A stretch of 64,000 bases of DNA from an uncultured bacterium (GTDB lineage: Bacteria > Chloroflexota > UBA5177 > JANWHV01), in assembly GCA_963827235.1 (NCBI GenBank), contig CAWHAE010000012.1, forward strand, positions 224,001 through 288,000. The letters are read 5' to 3'. A program made the translations under genes and the position numbers. Within the stretch, counting starts at the first letter, position 1; every line of letters begins with the position of its first letter. Under the pieces are notes generated by a model. That model did not search any database and was not told the origin of the DNA. It saw only the letters and a program-made list of their open reading frames with translations. Shown in pieces: positions 49,298 to 58,622 of this stretch.

Positions 49298-50311
49298 TCA
49301 CCGGGCCTTGGTGGCCACCGGCTCGGTGGGAAGGGCGCTCTCGAGCCGCTGAATTGTAGCCGTCTGGCAGGCGCTTGCAGGACGATCCTTGGTTTCGTGA
49401 CAGATGGCAGCGGTCAGGTAGTTGGCGTTGCCCAGGACACCGCTGGTGATGGGGTCGATCGGATCCTGCAGCGTCCGGGCGATGCCTGCCCAGTCGAGCC
49501 CCATGAGAGCCACCACGTCATCCTTACTAGGGTAGCCGGCGGGATTGGTGTTGAGGATATAGCGGCAGTTGATGTCGATGAACGGGACGCCACCCTGACC
49601 CAGCGTGAAATCCAGTAGTTGCTGCTCGTCGGTCAACGGCTGGAGATCGTTGCGGTTGCGATCGATGGCTTCGCGCATCACGAAATCGAGATACGGGCTG
49701 CGATAGCTCGCCCTGGCGAATGTTATGGTCGCGATGTCGCCGTCATTATCTGCCGAGCGCATGTAGCGAAGTCCGGAGAAGCTGCCAAAGCGGGCGAGCG
49801 CGTTCAGCAGACTCCAGCGTTCGGCGGCGCAGTACGGGCAGAACTCGCCGCCGATGTAGAGGACCTGTGGCTTGCTGCCGCCCGGCTTCAGGGCCGGCCA
49901 CTCGATCGCGGCCAGCGGATCGACGCGAGCCGCACCCGAAGCAGAGTGGCCTGCGCCGACCGCGGCAAGCTCATCCTCGCTGATCCCCGTGACCATCCTC
50001 ACCAGCGCCGGCGACACCGGCGCGCCAAGCGTGGGAGCGGTTGGACTCGGGACAGCGGTAGGCTGCGTCGTGATGGCAAGCTTGGCTGGCCCGCCGTGCA
50101 CGACGAACCAGACCGTGGCCGCAAGGATACCAAGCATCGCTACCAGTCCAGCGAGCATGGCTTGGTCAGTGCGCCAGCCCGACGGTGATGAGCGTGCGAT
50201 GGGTGTGAGCGACCCACGTACCCGGTCACTATCCACCGACACACCTACAGCAGGCCGCTCGGCAGTCCGACGCTGAGCGCTGTCACCGCTGTCCTGCTCT
50301 GGAACCCGCAT
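49298..50311 (-). CDS. DUF929-family membrane-anchored thioredoxin-like protein
   Basis: One TM helix, YIGGEFCPYCAAERWSL..ALARFG.FSGL, GVPFID, ANYLTAAIC; start uncertain. Confidence 0.85.
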   Translation of the reverse strand: MRVPEQDSGDSAQRRTAERPAVGVSVDSDRVRGSLTPIARSSPSGWRTDQAMLAGLVAMLGILAATVWFVVHGGPAKLAITTQPTAVPSPTAPTLGAPVSPALVRMVTGISEDELAAVGAGHSASGAARVDPLAAIEWPALKPGGSKPQVLYIGGEFCPYCAAERWSLLNALARFGSFSGLRYMRSADNDGDIATITFARASYRSPYLDFVMREAIDRNRNDLQPLTDEQQLLDFTLGQGGVPFIDINCRYILNTNPAGYPSKDDVVALMGLDWAGIARTLQDPIDPITSGVLGNANYLTAAICHETKDRPASACQTATIQRLESALPTEPVATKAR

Positions 50312-50643
50312 ACCCCGTCCCTCCGGCGTCGCAAGTATCCCTCGATTCGCGGCAAGCATAGCGCGCTGATCGACCGTAAACAATAGGAATCTGGCCATTT
50401 CGACTCCGCCGGTCGCGTCAGGTTGAGGGTGAGGGCCAGACCGAGTGCCAGGAGCCTCAGGCGCCGTGTTCGACCGCGCCATGGCCGGCAGTACGTTGCG
50501 CGTCGCCGATACGGCCCTCACTGTGCTGCAATGGCGGCAGTATGTTGGCGATCTGTGCTATCAGAAGACGTGTAGTAGCCGGCTCTGAGAGAGTCTGATC
50601 CGAACGACCTTCGCGCCAGTTGCTGCGAGCGCGTGCCGACGAG

Positions 50644-50970
50644 TCAGCCGCACGCCTTCGCGCTCTGAGCGGTTAGCTGCACTTCAGGGATGCGGCAGGC
50701 AGGCTTTCGGGCCCCTGATCGGGCATCGGGGTAGCGGCCATGAACGATGATTCGGAGGTCGCTCTGTACAGTGAACGCTTCTGCCCAGTAGGCGGCGTTG
50801 CTGTCGTCGCCGGCATTGAGCGCGGCGGCGCTGTTTTCCCTGGGCCAGGCGCAGGTACGCGCGGCCGCGGATGGCGCCTGCGTGGCGGCGGCATGCGCCG
50901 GGTATGACGCTCGAGAGGGCGCGATGATGGCCGCGACGGCGATGACACAGGCCCAGATGCCTCTAGCCAT
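50644..50970 (-). pseudogene. Truncated secreted protein
   Basis: Signal peptide ending AHA, then TCAW..N..D.NAAYW..VHGRYPDAR, after which protein-like sequence ends. Confidence 0.55.
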
Positions 50971-51094
50971 GCGACCATTATGCGGCCGTCATCCAACCGT
51001 TTCGTCCTGACAAGCCCGAAGATGTGTGCGAGCCCGGGACTGCGGGCCTCTCGCCCGTCCTCCGTGGCGGACGTGCGCACGGGCATGAGTGCCT

Positions 51095-51133
51095 GTTCAC
51101 AGATCGTTTGCAAATCGTTCACAGGTCATCACG
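51095..51133. promoter_or_regulatory. 11-bp-periodic GTTCAC direct repeats (PHO-box-like)
   Basis: GTTCAC 51095, GTTTGC 51106, GTTCAC 51117, ATCAC 51128, between divergent secreted-protein genes. Confidence 0.55.
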
Positions 51134-51220
51134 CTGCGGTTATGGCACGGTAATCAGCCACCACTACGATGTCGGCAGTGCATCAGATCCGGTGCGCACA
51201 GGTCGAAAGGAACGAGGACA

Positions 51221-51793
51221 ATGAAGCGAGGCACTGCCAGGCGCGTGTTTCTTGGGGTAGTTCTGACCACCGCGGTGGCCGTGGTCGCGTCCACTGCCGT
51301 GAGCAACCCGGTACCTGCCGCGCATGCCGGCAGCGGCTGCAGCGGGCTGCTCCAGGGCTTGCAGTCGTGGGTGGAAACCCCGGGACAGGACATGAGCACC
51401 AACGTTGCTGACTTTGAGCTCGTCTCCAGCCGGGGGGACAACCACTACGCGTCCTACACCACGGGCAGTCTGTCGCTTGATGGGAACGCGTTGACCACCG
51501 CCTACCTGCCGTTCGGTGCAACGAGCGGCACGCAGTATTTCAGCGACCGCGCCTACAGGAGTAGCAATGGGTGGCAACCCTTCGAGGCCCAGGCAACCGA
51601 CCGGCTAGGCGTCTCGATCAATACCGCTACCGGCGCCACCACGCTGACGCTCCTCAGCTGGGGCAACGGGAAGGTGCGAATCCCGACCATGCAGTGCAGC
51701 GATGGCGTGATGTACGGGTTCAGCTCCGATACGACGCACTCCCTGTATGCCTTCAGCTTCTCCGAGGGCAACGTACCGCAGGAACCCAAGTAG
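51221..51793 (+). CDS. Secreted hypothetical beta-rich protein
   Basis: GAGGA RBS, signal peptide ending AHA, QYFSDR..QPF....DRL..LTLLSWGN. Confidence 0.8.
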   Translation: MKRGTARRVFLGVVLTTAVAVVASTAVSNPVPAAHAGSGCSGLLQGLQSWVETPGQDMSTNVADFELVSSRGDNHYASYTTGSLSLDGNALTTAYLPFGATSGTQYFSDRAYRSSNGWQPFEAQATDRLGVSINTATGATTLTLLSWGNGKVRIPTMQCSDGVMYGFSSDTTHSLYAFSFSEGNVPQEPK

Positions 51794-52249
51794 CCTCTGG
51801 GGGACGAGGGCATCTTGGTGAGCAACCCTCGCCTGGACGAGGCACGCTGATTCCCATCCACGAGTGTTCACGGGAGGGCCGCGCCGCCGACATGCAGCGC
51901 GGCCTCGCCGTCGATGCCGGCTGCGCCGACAGGCATTGCCACGTTGGTACCGGCGGCGGCGATCAGGGCGGTATCGCGGTAGGCGAGTGCATGGAAATGG
52001 AAGGCCGCTGTGCGCGCAACGACCCTCTGGCGAACCCGCCCGAGCGGCAGATCAGCCTCGTTCGGCGCGCACGCGAGGGGCGCAGATCTGACTGCCGGGT
52101 GTGCGGCACATCACGCAGATCGGCGCGACTTTGATCGTGCCGGAGTCGCTGCTCAGCATGATTGCAGAGGCGATGGGATTGTCGTAGCTTGAAAATGCTG
52201 GAACAACTTGCGCGTGGGCAGCGGGAAGCGCCAAGAGCAGCAAGCCGGA

Positions 52250-52500
52250 TGCTGCAAGCTTCGCTCTACCTAGACAGGGAGTTGAGCTGGATACACAGGG
52301 CATCACTCTTCGCCGGTACTACTTCCCCTGCGGCACCAGCAAGTGGATCCCGTTCCGTCACGTGCGCCAGGTGGAGGAGCGCCCGCTCTCCTTGATTCCC
52401 GGCCGGTACCGTCTATGAGGTTCGAGCGACCTCCGGCAGCGGTTTCCGCTGGACTGGCGTCGGCTCGGCAAACGCGGTGCGATCGTCCTCGACCTGATGT
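52250..52500 (+). pseudogene. Decayed small conserved hypothetical protein
   Basis: LYLDR/VELDTQGITLRRYYFPCGTSKWIP..GRYRL*GSSDL..PLDWRR..AIVLDL with frameshift and internal TGA. Confidence 0.6.
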
Positions 52501-52541
52501 GCGTGTGCCCGCTCAACTGCTTGAGTGAAGGGAGCAAGGGG

Positions 52542-53459
52542 ATGGAATACCGGACACTTGGCAGCACTGGCACTCGGGTCAGCGCGATCGGCTTCGGTGC
52601 ATCCGAGATCGGGCACACGCCGATTGATGAGGCATCGCTGGCGCGGCTGCTGGACGCGGCGCTCGACACAGGCATCAACGTGGTCGACACCGCGGAGTGC
52701 TACCGGGCGAGCGAGGTCGATCTCGGACGCGTGTTGCCCGGCCGGCGCGACCGGCTCGTACTGGTCAGCAAGTGCGGGCACAACCCGGGCATGGAGCAGT
52801 TCGACAACTGGGATCCGCGCCTGCTCGAACAAACCATCGACCGCAGTCTGCGCCGCTTGCAGACCGACCATCTTGACGTGCTACTGCTCCACTCCTGCAC
52901 GACGGATATGCTGCAGCGCGGCGATGTCATCGCCGTCGTCGAACGGGCGCGGGCCGCTGGCAAGACCCGCTTCATCGGCTACAGCGGCGACAGCCACGCG
53001 GCGCGTTACGCCGTGGAGACCGAGCACTTCCAGGTGCTGGAAACGTCGGTGAGCATTGCCGATCAGGAGTGCATCGAGCTGACGCTGCCGCTGGCGCGCG
53101 ACCAGCACATGGGGGTGATCGCCAAGCGCTCGCTTGCGAACGTCGCCTGGGCCGGTATGATGCCACCGGAGGGCGTCGTCTACTGGCCGCGCGGCTACAT
53201 CGACAGCTATGCGGAGCGCCTGCGGGTGCTCGACTACGACTTCCTCCGGCGTGACCTGAACGAAGCGGTGGGTATCGCGCTCCGGTTCGCCCTTGGCCAG
53301 CAAGGCGTGAGCACGGCGATCATCGGCACGCGGCGGCCGGAGCGGTTGCAGGAGGACGCCGCCTACGTCGAGGCAGGCCCGCTCGATGCTGCGCAGGTAG
53401 CGGCAATTCGGGCACGCTGGCGGGAAGTAGCGATGCCAGACTGGGTCGGCACCAACTAA
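52542..53459 (+). CDS. Aldo/keto reductase
   Basis: MEYRTLG.TG..VSAIGFG, DTAECY, SKCG, SLRRLQTDHLDVLLLHS. Confidence 0.94.
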   Translation: MEYRTLGSTGTRVSAIGFGASEIGHTPIDEASLARLLDAALDTGINVVDTAECYRASEVDLGRVLPGRRDRLVLVSKCGHNPGMEQFDNWDPRLLEQTIDRSLRRLQTDHLDVLLLHSCTTDMLQRGDVIAVVERARAAGKTRFIGYSGDSHAARYAVETEHFQVLETSVSIADQECIELTLPLARDQHMGVIAKRSLANVAWAGMMPPEGVVYWPRGYIDSYAERLRVLDYDFLRRDLNEAVGIALRFALGQQGVSTAIIGTRRPERLQEDAAYVEAGPLDAAQVAAIRARWREVAMPDWVGTN

Positions 53460-54159
53460 CAGGCAGGATATCGGCGGCAAGGGATCGGCGTGGGCGGCAC
53501 CGTGAGCGCGTGCGGCGCAGCCGGACGAACCACGAAAACTCGACTCGGTAGCTGAGCCGCACCGTGTGCGAGAGCGTATGTGGGTGCGCGCTGCAGACTG
53601 CATCCTTTCTCTGGCTGGCGCGATCCCGTGACTGTGCCGGTCCAGAGTATAGCAGGCACAGCTTGGAGTACTCGCCCAAGGCTCCAGCGCTAGCGCACGC
53701 CTATCTCGCCCCTGCTATCTCGCCGGCATGCGACGCGATCTGCGCCACGGCAGCGCAGGCGACGCTGAGGCGCCTGGTGCACATGAGCGATGGGAGAAAG
53801 TAGACTGGCAACTCTAGAGCGGGATATACGATCAACCCCTTCGCCCACGCCGGGGTCGCGGATCGTTCGGCCTAGTATTCAGGAGCTAGGACTCATTGCC
53901 GCGCAGTTGGCCAACACACGAACCAGCAGCATTCGCCCCGTCGGACAGTGTCTCGTCAGAGAACTTGGCCATCCGAGACATTGCCGGGTTGCCGAGTCGC
54001 TACATGCGTGGTGATTGCACGCTACCAGCGCCCGTTGGGGTTAATGTGCCCGGGTGCGGCTACCTCGTCCGCTTTCGCCGTGGCCTCCGAATAGCTGCGT
54101 CGGTCTCCTGTCAGGGTGTGTAGAGGAAGGCGTGCTCGGTGTAGCGGGGGGCGAGCGCA

Positions 54160-54723
54160 TTACCCATGGGCATGCCGGGAGTCCCAGTCCCCCCATAGCC
54201 GCCGACAATGTCCCCCTGTGCATCGATTTCGGAGGGGATGGTTGGACTCCCCTTGGGATCCCCTCACATCGGTGTAGACACCTTTATGCAGCAAGAACCC
54301 GTGGTAGACGGCGTCGCTGTCGAGGTAGCCACCAACAATGTCCCCCTGGGGGTCGATGCCGTCGGCCCAGGTACCCTGCTGGGGTCCCGACCCGGCCTTT
54401 GGGTCGTCGAGCGTGGTATAAACGCCCTTGTGCAGCAAGAACCCGTGGTAGGTGCCGTTGCTGTCGGCGTACGAGCCCACGATTTCCTTGCGCGCGCCGA
54501 CCTGGGCGATGTCTGCAGCATAGTTGCCCGATGTGCCGTGAGGGTCGTCGATGGTGGTGAACGGGCCATGCAGCGCCAATTCATGGACGACGCTGCTTCC
54601 CGCTGCATGGGCGCGCGGCGGGGCGCCGAACTCCCTTGGCGAGCGCAGAGGTGATAGTGTGAGCAGGGTCACCAGAAGAACGGTGAGGACGCGGGTAATG
54701 CGTGCAGCGGTCATCGTGACCAT
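54160..54723 (-). pseudogene. Secreted HAF-like extracellular repeat protein, degenerate 3' end
   Basis: Signal peptide ending AHA; repeats IVGSY.D..G.YHGFLLHKGVYTTLDDP; third repeat broken across frames. Confidence 0.7.
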
Positions 54724-55451
54724 CCCTCCTTCGGTCTCGCTACTCCAATCCAGAGCCTGGTGTAGGCGCCCCTGTTTGTACAAATCCCGCTGGCAACGAA
54801 ACGAGCAGCGTGTAGCTTCTTGCGTGGCGCGGCCCTGGCACGGCCTCCTCCCTTCTCCGTAAACAGCAAACCGGCACACAACCAAACGGTCGTGGCCGGT
54901 TTCACCAGTTGCTCTCTGCAGTCCAGGGGTGGCCAGGTAGGAGCAGGCGTTAGAAAGAGGGGAGTGGCCCCGTGACTCTCGATTCTTGAGGCGCCGGACC
55001 CTTTCTACGGCTGCAGGTCATCGCATCCACGGCGTCAGTACTGCTCGCTCGACGCAGCATAGCATAGCACCCTGAGCGGGCGGGATACAGCGCGCCGCTA
55101 CACAAAACGTCGGACCAGCTCGCCAGAGCAATCCCAGACTCTGGCGGTCGTGATCGCGGTGAGCTTGAGTGGTCAAACCGCCGAATACCCGTTCGCTCTC
55201 GCCCTTCGGTAGGGCGGTTGTTGCTACCAGTACTTAGCGCATAGCGCACTCTGCTGCTTCGCGTTTGTTCGCCACTTTCCAGTTGGATCACCCCCTGATT
55301 GGTGTTGCGCACGAGTATATCACCAGGTCTCCCAGCGCGATGGGGCGGTGGGATCCGGTCCCGGACACCGGCGTCGGGTCCAGCACAAACGAGGACCCTG
55401 CCCCCGAATACAGCGGCAGGGTCCTCGGCTCATGCGCCTGCGTTCCGCGAG

Positions 55452-56165
55452 CTATTTGGGCGTGCTGTCGTTGGGCGCCACCTTCGTGAGGTTGGCAGCG
55501 TTGCCCAGCAGCTGGGTGATGTCGTGCGGTGCGAACAGGACGTGGGCCTCATTCTGCGTCAGACCCCACATGGTGAGCACCATGCCGGGCCGCACGTCGG
55601 CCATCGTGGCGGTCGGCTTGCCCACCAAGCTGACCGGCGTGGTGGGGGTCACGTCGACGAACGCGTGGTCACCGACCGGAATGGCGGCGAGCTTGCCCTC
55701 GTCGGCAGTGACGATAAGCACAAGTTGGTTAAGCGCCTGGTCGATGAAGACGACACGGCCGTTGATCTGGGTGTAGCCGACCTGAATACTGTCATCCTTC
55801 ACGGCGCCGGCCGTGATGGCCACGGAGGGCGCGGTCGAAGCAGCACCGGCGGCCACGGGCGGCGCCACCGGCGTAATGAGGACATGGTCGCCGCCGCTGA
55901 ACTCACTCAGGCTGGACTTGCCGTTGAACCGGCGGACGAGGGTTGCTGTGGGACTGATGGTGACGGTGATCTCGGGACCCGTGACGCTGCGCTGCACAAT
56001 GAGCGTATTCGGCGTAGCGCTGGGCACGGAAACGATGGTGAATGACTGGGGTCGAACTGGCATGGCCGCGGCGTGACTGGTCGCAGGCACGAGCATGCCG
56101 GCCAGGACAAGGCCACCGAATGCGGCCGTGGAGAGAATACGCGTGAAGCCGAGATTTTCCATCAT
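55452..56165 (-). CDS. Secreted OB-fold-like repeat protein (DUF5666-like)
   Basis: GGAGGA RBS, signal peptide ending SHA, two repeats ending SLSEFSGGDHV and TMADVRPGMVLT. Confidence 0.75.
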   Translation of the reverse strand: MMENLGFTRILSTAAFGGLVLAGMLVPATSHAAAMPVRPQSFTIVSVPSATPNTLIVQRSVTGPEITVTISPTATLVRRFNGKSSLSEFSGGDHVLITPVAPPVAAGAASTAPSVAITAGAVKDDSIQVGYTQINGRVVFIDQALNQLVLIVTADEGKLAAIPVGDHAFVDVTPTTPVSLVGKPTATMADVRPGMVLTMWGLTQNEAHVLFAPHDITQLLGNAANLTKVAPNDSTPK

Positions 56166-56259
56166 GATGTCCTCCTGTACAAGCAACTCTTCGGGCAACG
56201 CGGCCGGCCGGTGGTCTTGCGCCCATGTACACACTCTAGAGAGCACACATTGTCGCAAC

Positions 56260-56287
56260 GTCATCAATTCGTAAACGATGTGTAACA
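56260..56287. promoter_or_regulatory. 11-bp-spaced GTCAT/GTAAA/GTAAC repeats (PhoB/GlnR-like box)
   Basis: Repeats at 56260, 56271 and 56282 in an AT-rich upstream region. Confidence 0.4.
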
Positions 56288-56299
56288 AGAGTATTGATC

Positions 56300-56720
56300 A
56301 CATGGCGCTCCGAGTCTATGCCGGCTTCGATGGTCCGTCTCAGCTGGGCGGAAGCTCTGGCATCGTGCGATCCGACGATGCGGGCAAGGGCTTCCAGATG
56401 GGCGGCGACCCGCCCAAGCTCATCGGCTACCGCTACGGCTACGAGCCTTGGGGCCCCCTGGTCGCCGAGCCCGCTTGGCTCGCGCCCTGTATGCCAACGT
56501 CACGAGCCTGGCCCCGTACACGTATGCCCCACTCCCGGCGTTTGCAGTGCGGAGCGATGATGCAGGCGTCTCCTGGACCAGCATGATAACGCCGGCGGCT
56601 ACCCTGCCCGTGGCGGCGTTCTCGGTCAACACGGATCCGCTGTTCGGCATTCAGCCGACGGCGGAAGAAGGCGCACGCGCTGGGCGCAAGTATCGACTTT
56701 GGTCAAGCCACTCAGCTGGA
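56300..56720 (+). pseudogene. BNR/Asp-box beta-propeller protein fragment
   Basis: VRSDDAGKGF and VRSDDAGVSW in two different frames. Confidence 0.6.
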
Positions 56721-56849
56721 GTGTCCAGTGTAGTGCAGCACGAGCGAGATGCTATTATCCAGCCAGTCGGCAATGATCGGGATGAGTAGACGTGCACGCG
56801 GATTCAGAGAGCTCTCGTTCCATGTCGCCGGCAAGCAGGGCAGACGCGA

Positions 56850-57320
56850 GCAGCTTGTGCGGCACGATGCGCTGCAGCGGTTCCAGCACTCCTTCACCGC
56901 TCGGCGCGAGTTTAGCGAGCAGGTCCTCGCACTGGAATCGGAGCGCTACCGCAAGCTGAGCGATATCGTGCTGACCACTCCGTTCTTCTTCTCCGATCTG
57001 TATGTCTCACCACCACCGGACATGTTGGCCAAGCAGACTGGGGGAGATCGCGCGCTAGCCAGCCAGCTGCTTGCCGACTATGGCGCGGTGCATGATCAGT
57101 GCGCCTCGGAGTCGGGATGGCAGCAAGCAGCATACGCACTTGCCATGCGTCGTGGTCTGAAGCCTGGAACGGTCTTTATACTGCTCCGGCTCGCACTGAC
57201 CGGCAGCGACCGCAACCGCCACTATTTCCGATCACCCTGCTCCTTGGCTCGGCCGAGGTGCAGCGACGGCTAGCAGCGACACAAGCGCTGCTCTCACAAG
57301 CCGAGAGCGATCACGCGTGA
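56850..57320 (+). pseudogene. Glutamyl-tRNA-synthetase anticodon-binding-domain fragment, frameshifted near 57210
   Basis: ERYRKLSD..PFFF, GLKPGTVFILLRLALTG then PPLF..LLLG.AEVQRRL; no HIGH/KMSKS domain. Confidence 0.7.
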
Positions 57321-57393
57321 CAATACCAGCCACACGCAGCGTCGACTAGCTTGTATTAGGCAGGAGCATATTGCACAGAGGATCGACCTCTCG

Positions 57394-58191
57394 TCAGCCG
57401 CTGATGGCGATTGACGCTACCGTGCTGTCGAGCACGGCAAAACCCGGAGTGCTGGCCTGCGCGGCGGCGGGCGTATCCAGACGCGCCGCCAGGGTGGCGA
57501 TGTAGCGCTCGTAGCTCTTCGCGAACGCGTTGTAGTCGAAGTTGCCGGGAATGACGCCGGGCAACAGGCTGATGTGCACGGGGAAGATGGCCGCCACATA
57601 GTACTGCGCGTCCGCCGTCAGCCCCTGGCAGGTGTAGATGAGGCGGTTCGCGGTCACGGGGGAGACATCCGAGGCGTAGTACGTCAGGTAGCACAGGGCC
57701 TGTCCGCTCTTGAACGAGAGGTACTTCTCCTGCGCGTGGAAGATCTGCCCCGCAGGCTGCGGGGGCAGCAGCGGCAGCAACGTGACCTTCTTGAGGTTGG
57801 GATGCGCGTGGAGGATGGAGAGCAGGCGGCGCTCGACCTGGTCCCACTTGTACTCGCCGAACGAGGCGGTGCTGTACACGGCGATGGTGGGAACGGCGAT
57901 CGTGCCCGTGGGCAGCACATGGGAATAGTAGTGCGAGAAGCGGAACTCCGGGTGCGCCGGCGCCATGCCTGCCGGCATCATGTTGGGTTGGTAGGGCACC
58001 TTGGCAACGTCGACCACACGCACTTGCGTGCCTGCCAGCGCATTCACGAAGCTGACGTTCCCATGGCTCACTCGCGCGGGCGCCGACGCGACCACCGCGT
58101 GTGGCAGCGCTGCCGGCAGCCCGTATGGACCCAGAGTGGACAGGAACACGACGCAAGATGCCACCACAGCGGCCAGAACTGAACGCTTCAT
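57394..58191 (-). CDS. Secreted hypothetical protein
   Basis: Signal peptide; LPLLP..AGQIFHAQEKYL.F..G...YLTYY..D..P.....YT.QGLT.D.QYYVAA.FPV. Confidence 0.8.
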   Translation of the reverse strand: MKRSVLAAVVASCVVFLSTLGPYGLPAALPHAVVASAPARVSHGNVSFVNALAGTQVRVVDVAKVPYQPNMMPAGMAPAHPEFRFSHYYSHVLPTGTIAVPTIAVYSTASFGEYKWDQVERRLLSILHAHPNLKKVTLLPLLPPQPAGQIFHAQEKYLSFKSGQALCYLTYYASDVSPVTANRLIYTCQGLTADAQYYVAAIFPVHISLLPGVIPGNFDYNAFAKSYERYIATLAARLDTPAAAQASTPGFAVLDSTVASIAISG

Positions 58192-58543
58192 TGCACCCCC
58201 CTTCCTACGCGCCACTCGACGATGTCGCTTGTGCGAGTATACATCCGCGCCTCGCCCGCAGAGCGGCCGCCTGCTGTTGCACCTACTGAATCTCCCTGGC
58301 CACAGGGGCCAGTCAATAGGAGACACTCAAGAAGCGGGGAGGTGCCCGGGCAGCCGTGGCTTGGGCGCTGTTGCCGACGGGCGAGTAAGCCGCAGCCTGA
58401 CCAGGACTCGCCTGCAAGCGTGTCGCCGTCTGCGCCAACGCTCCTCTCGCCACTTCTGATAGGGGCGCAGGTCTCAGATTTGGTAGTGCGCTAGTCTGTT
58501 GACTCACGATACAGAACAGGCGTAATGGCTAACACCGCCGCCA

Positions 58544-58577
58544 CATCAGAGCCGGCGCGTACGTGTCGGCTCTGATG
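58544..58577 (-). terminator. Hairpin downstream of the haloperoxidase gene
   Basis: CATCAGAGCCG / CGGCTCTGATG perfect 11-bp stem. Confidence 0.55.
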
Positions 58578-58622
58578 CAGGTTAATGCGACCCGCGACGA
58601 TCTCGGCCTGGGCTGCAGGACC

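Noticed and set aside
52250-52300. YLDRELSWI resembling the polyphosphate kinase N-terminus
   Set aside because: Better explained as the frameshifted start of the small pseudogene that continues VELDTQGITLRRYYFP; no further ppk sequence.
54865-54905. c-di-GMP-I riboswitch upstream of the HAF-like gene
   Set aside because: GCAAACC and one stem are present, but the GNRA loop, second GCAAA and P2 stem are not.
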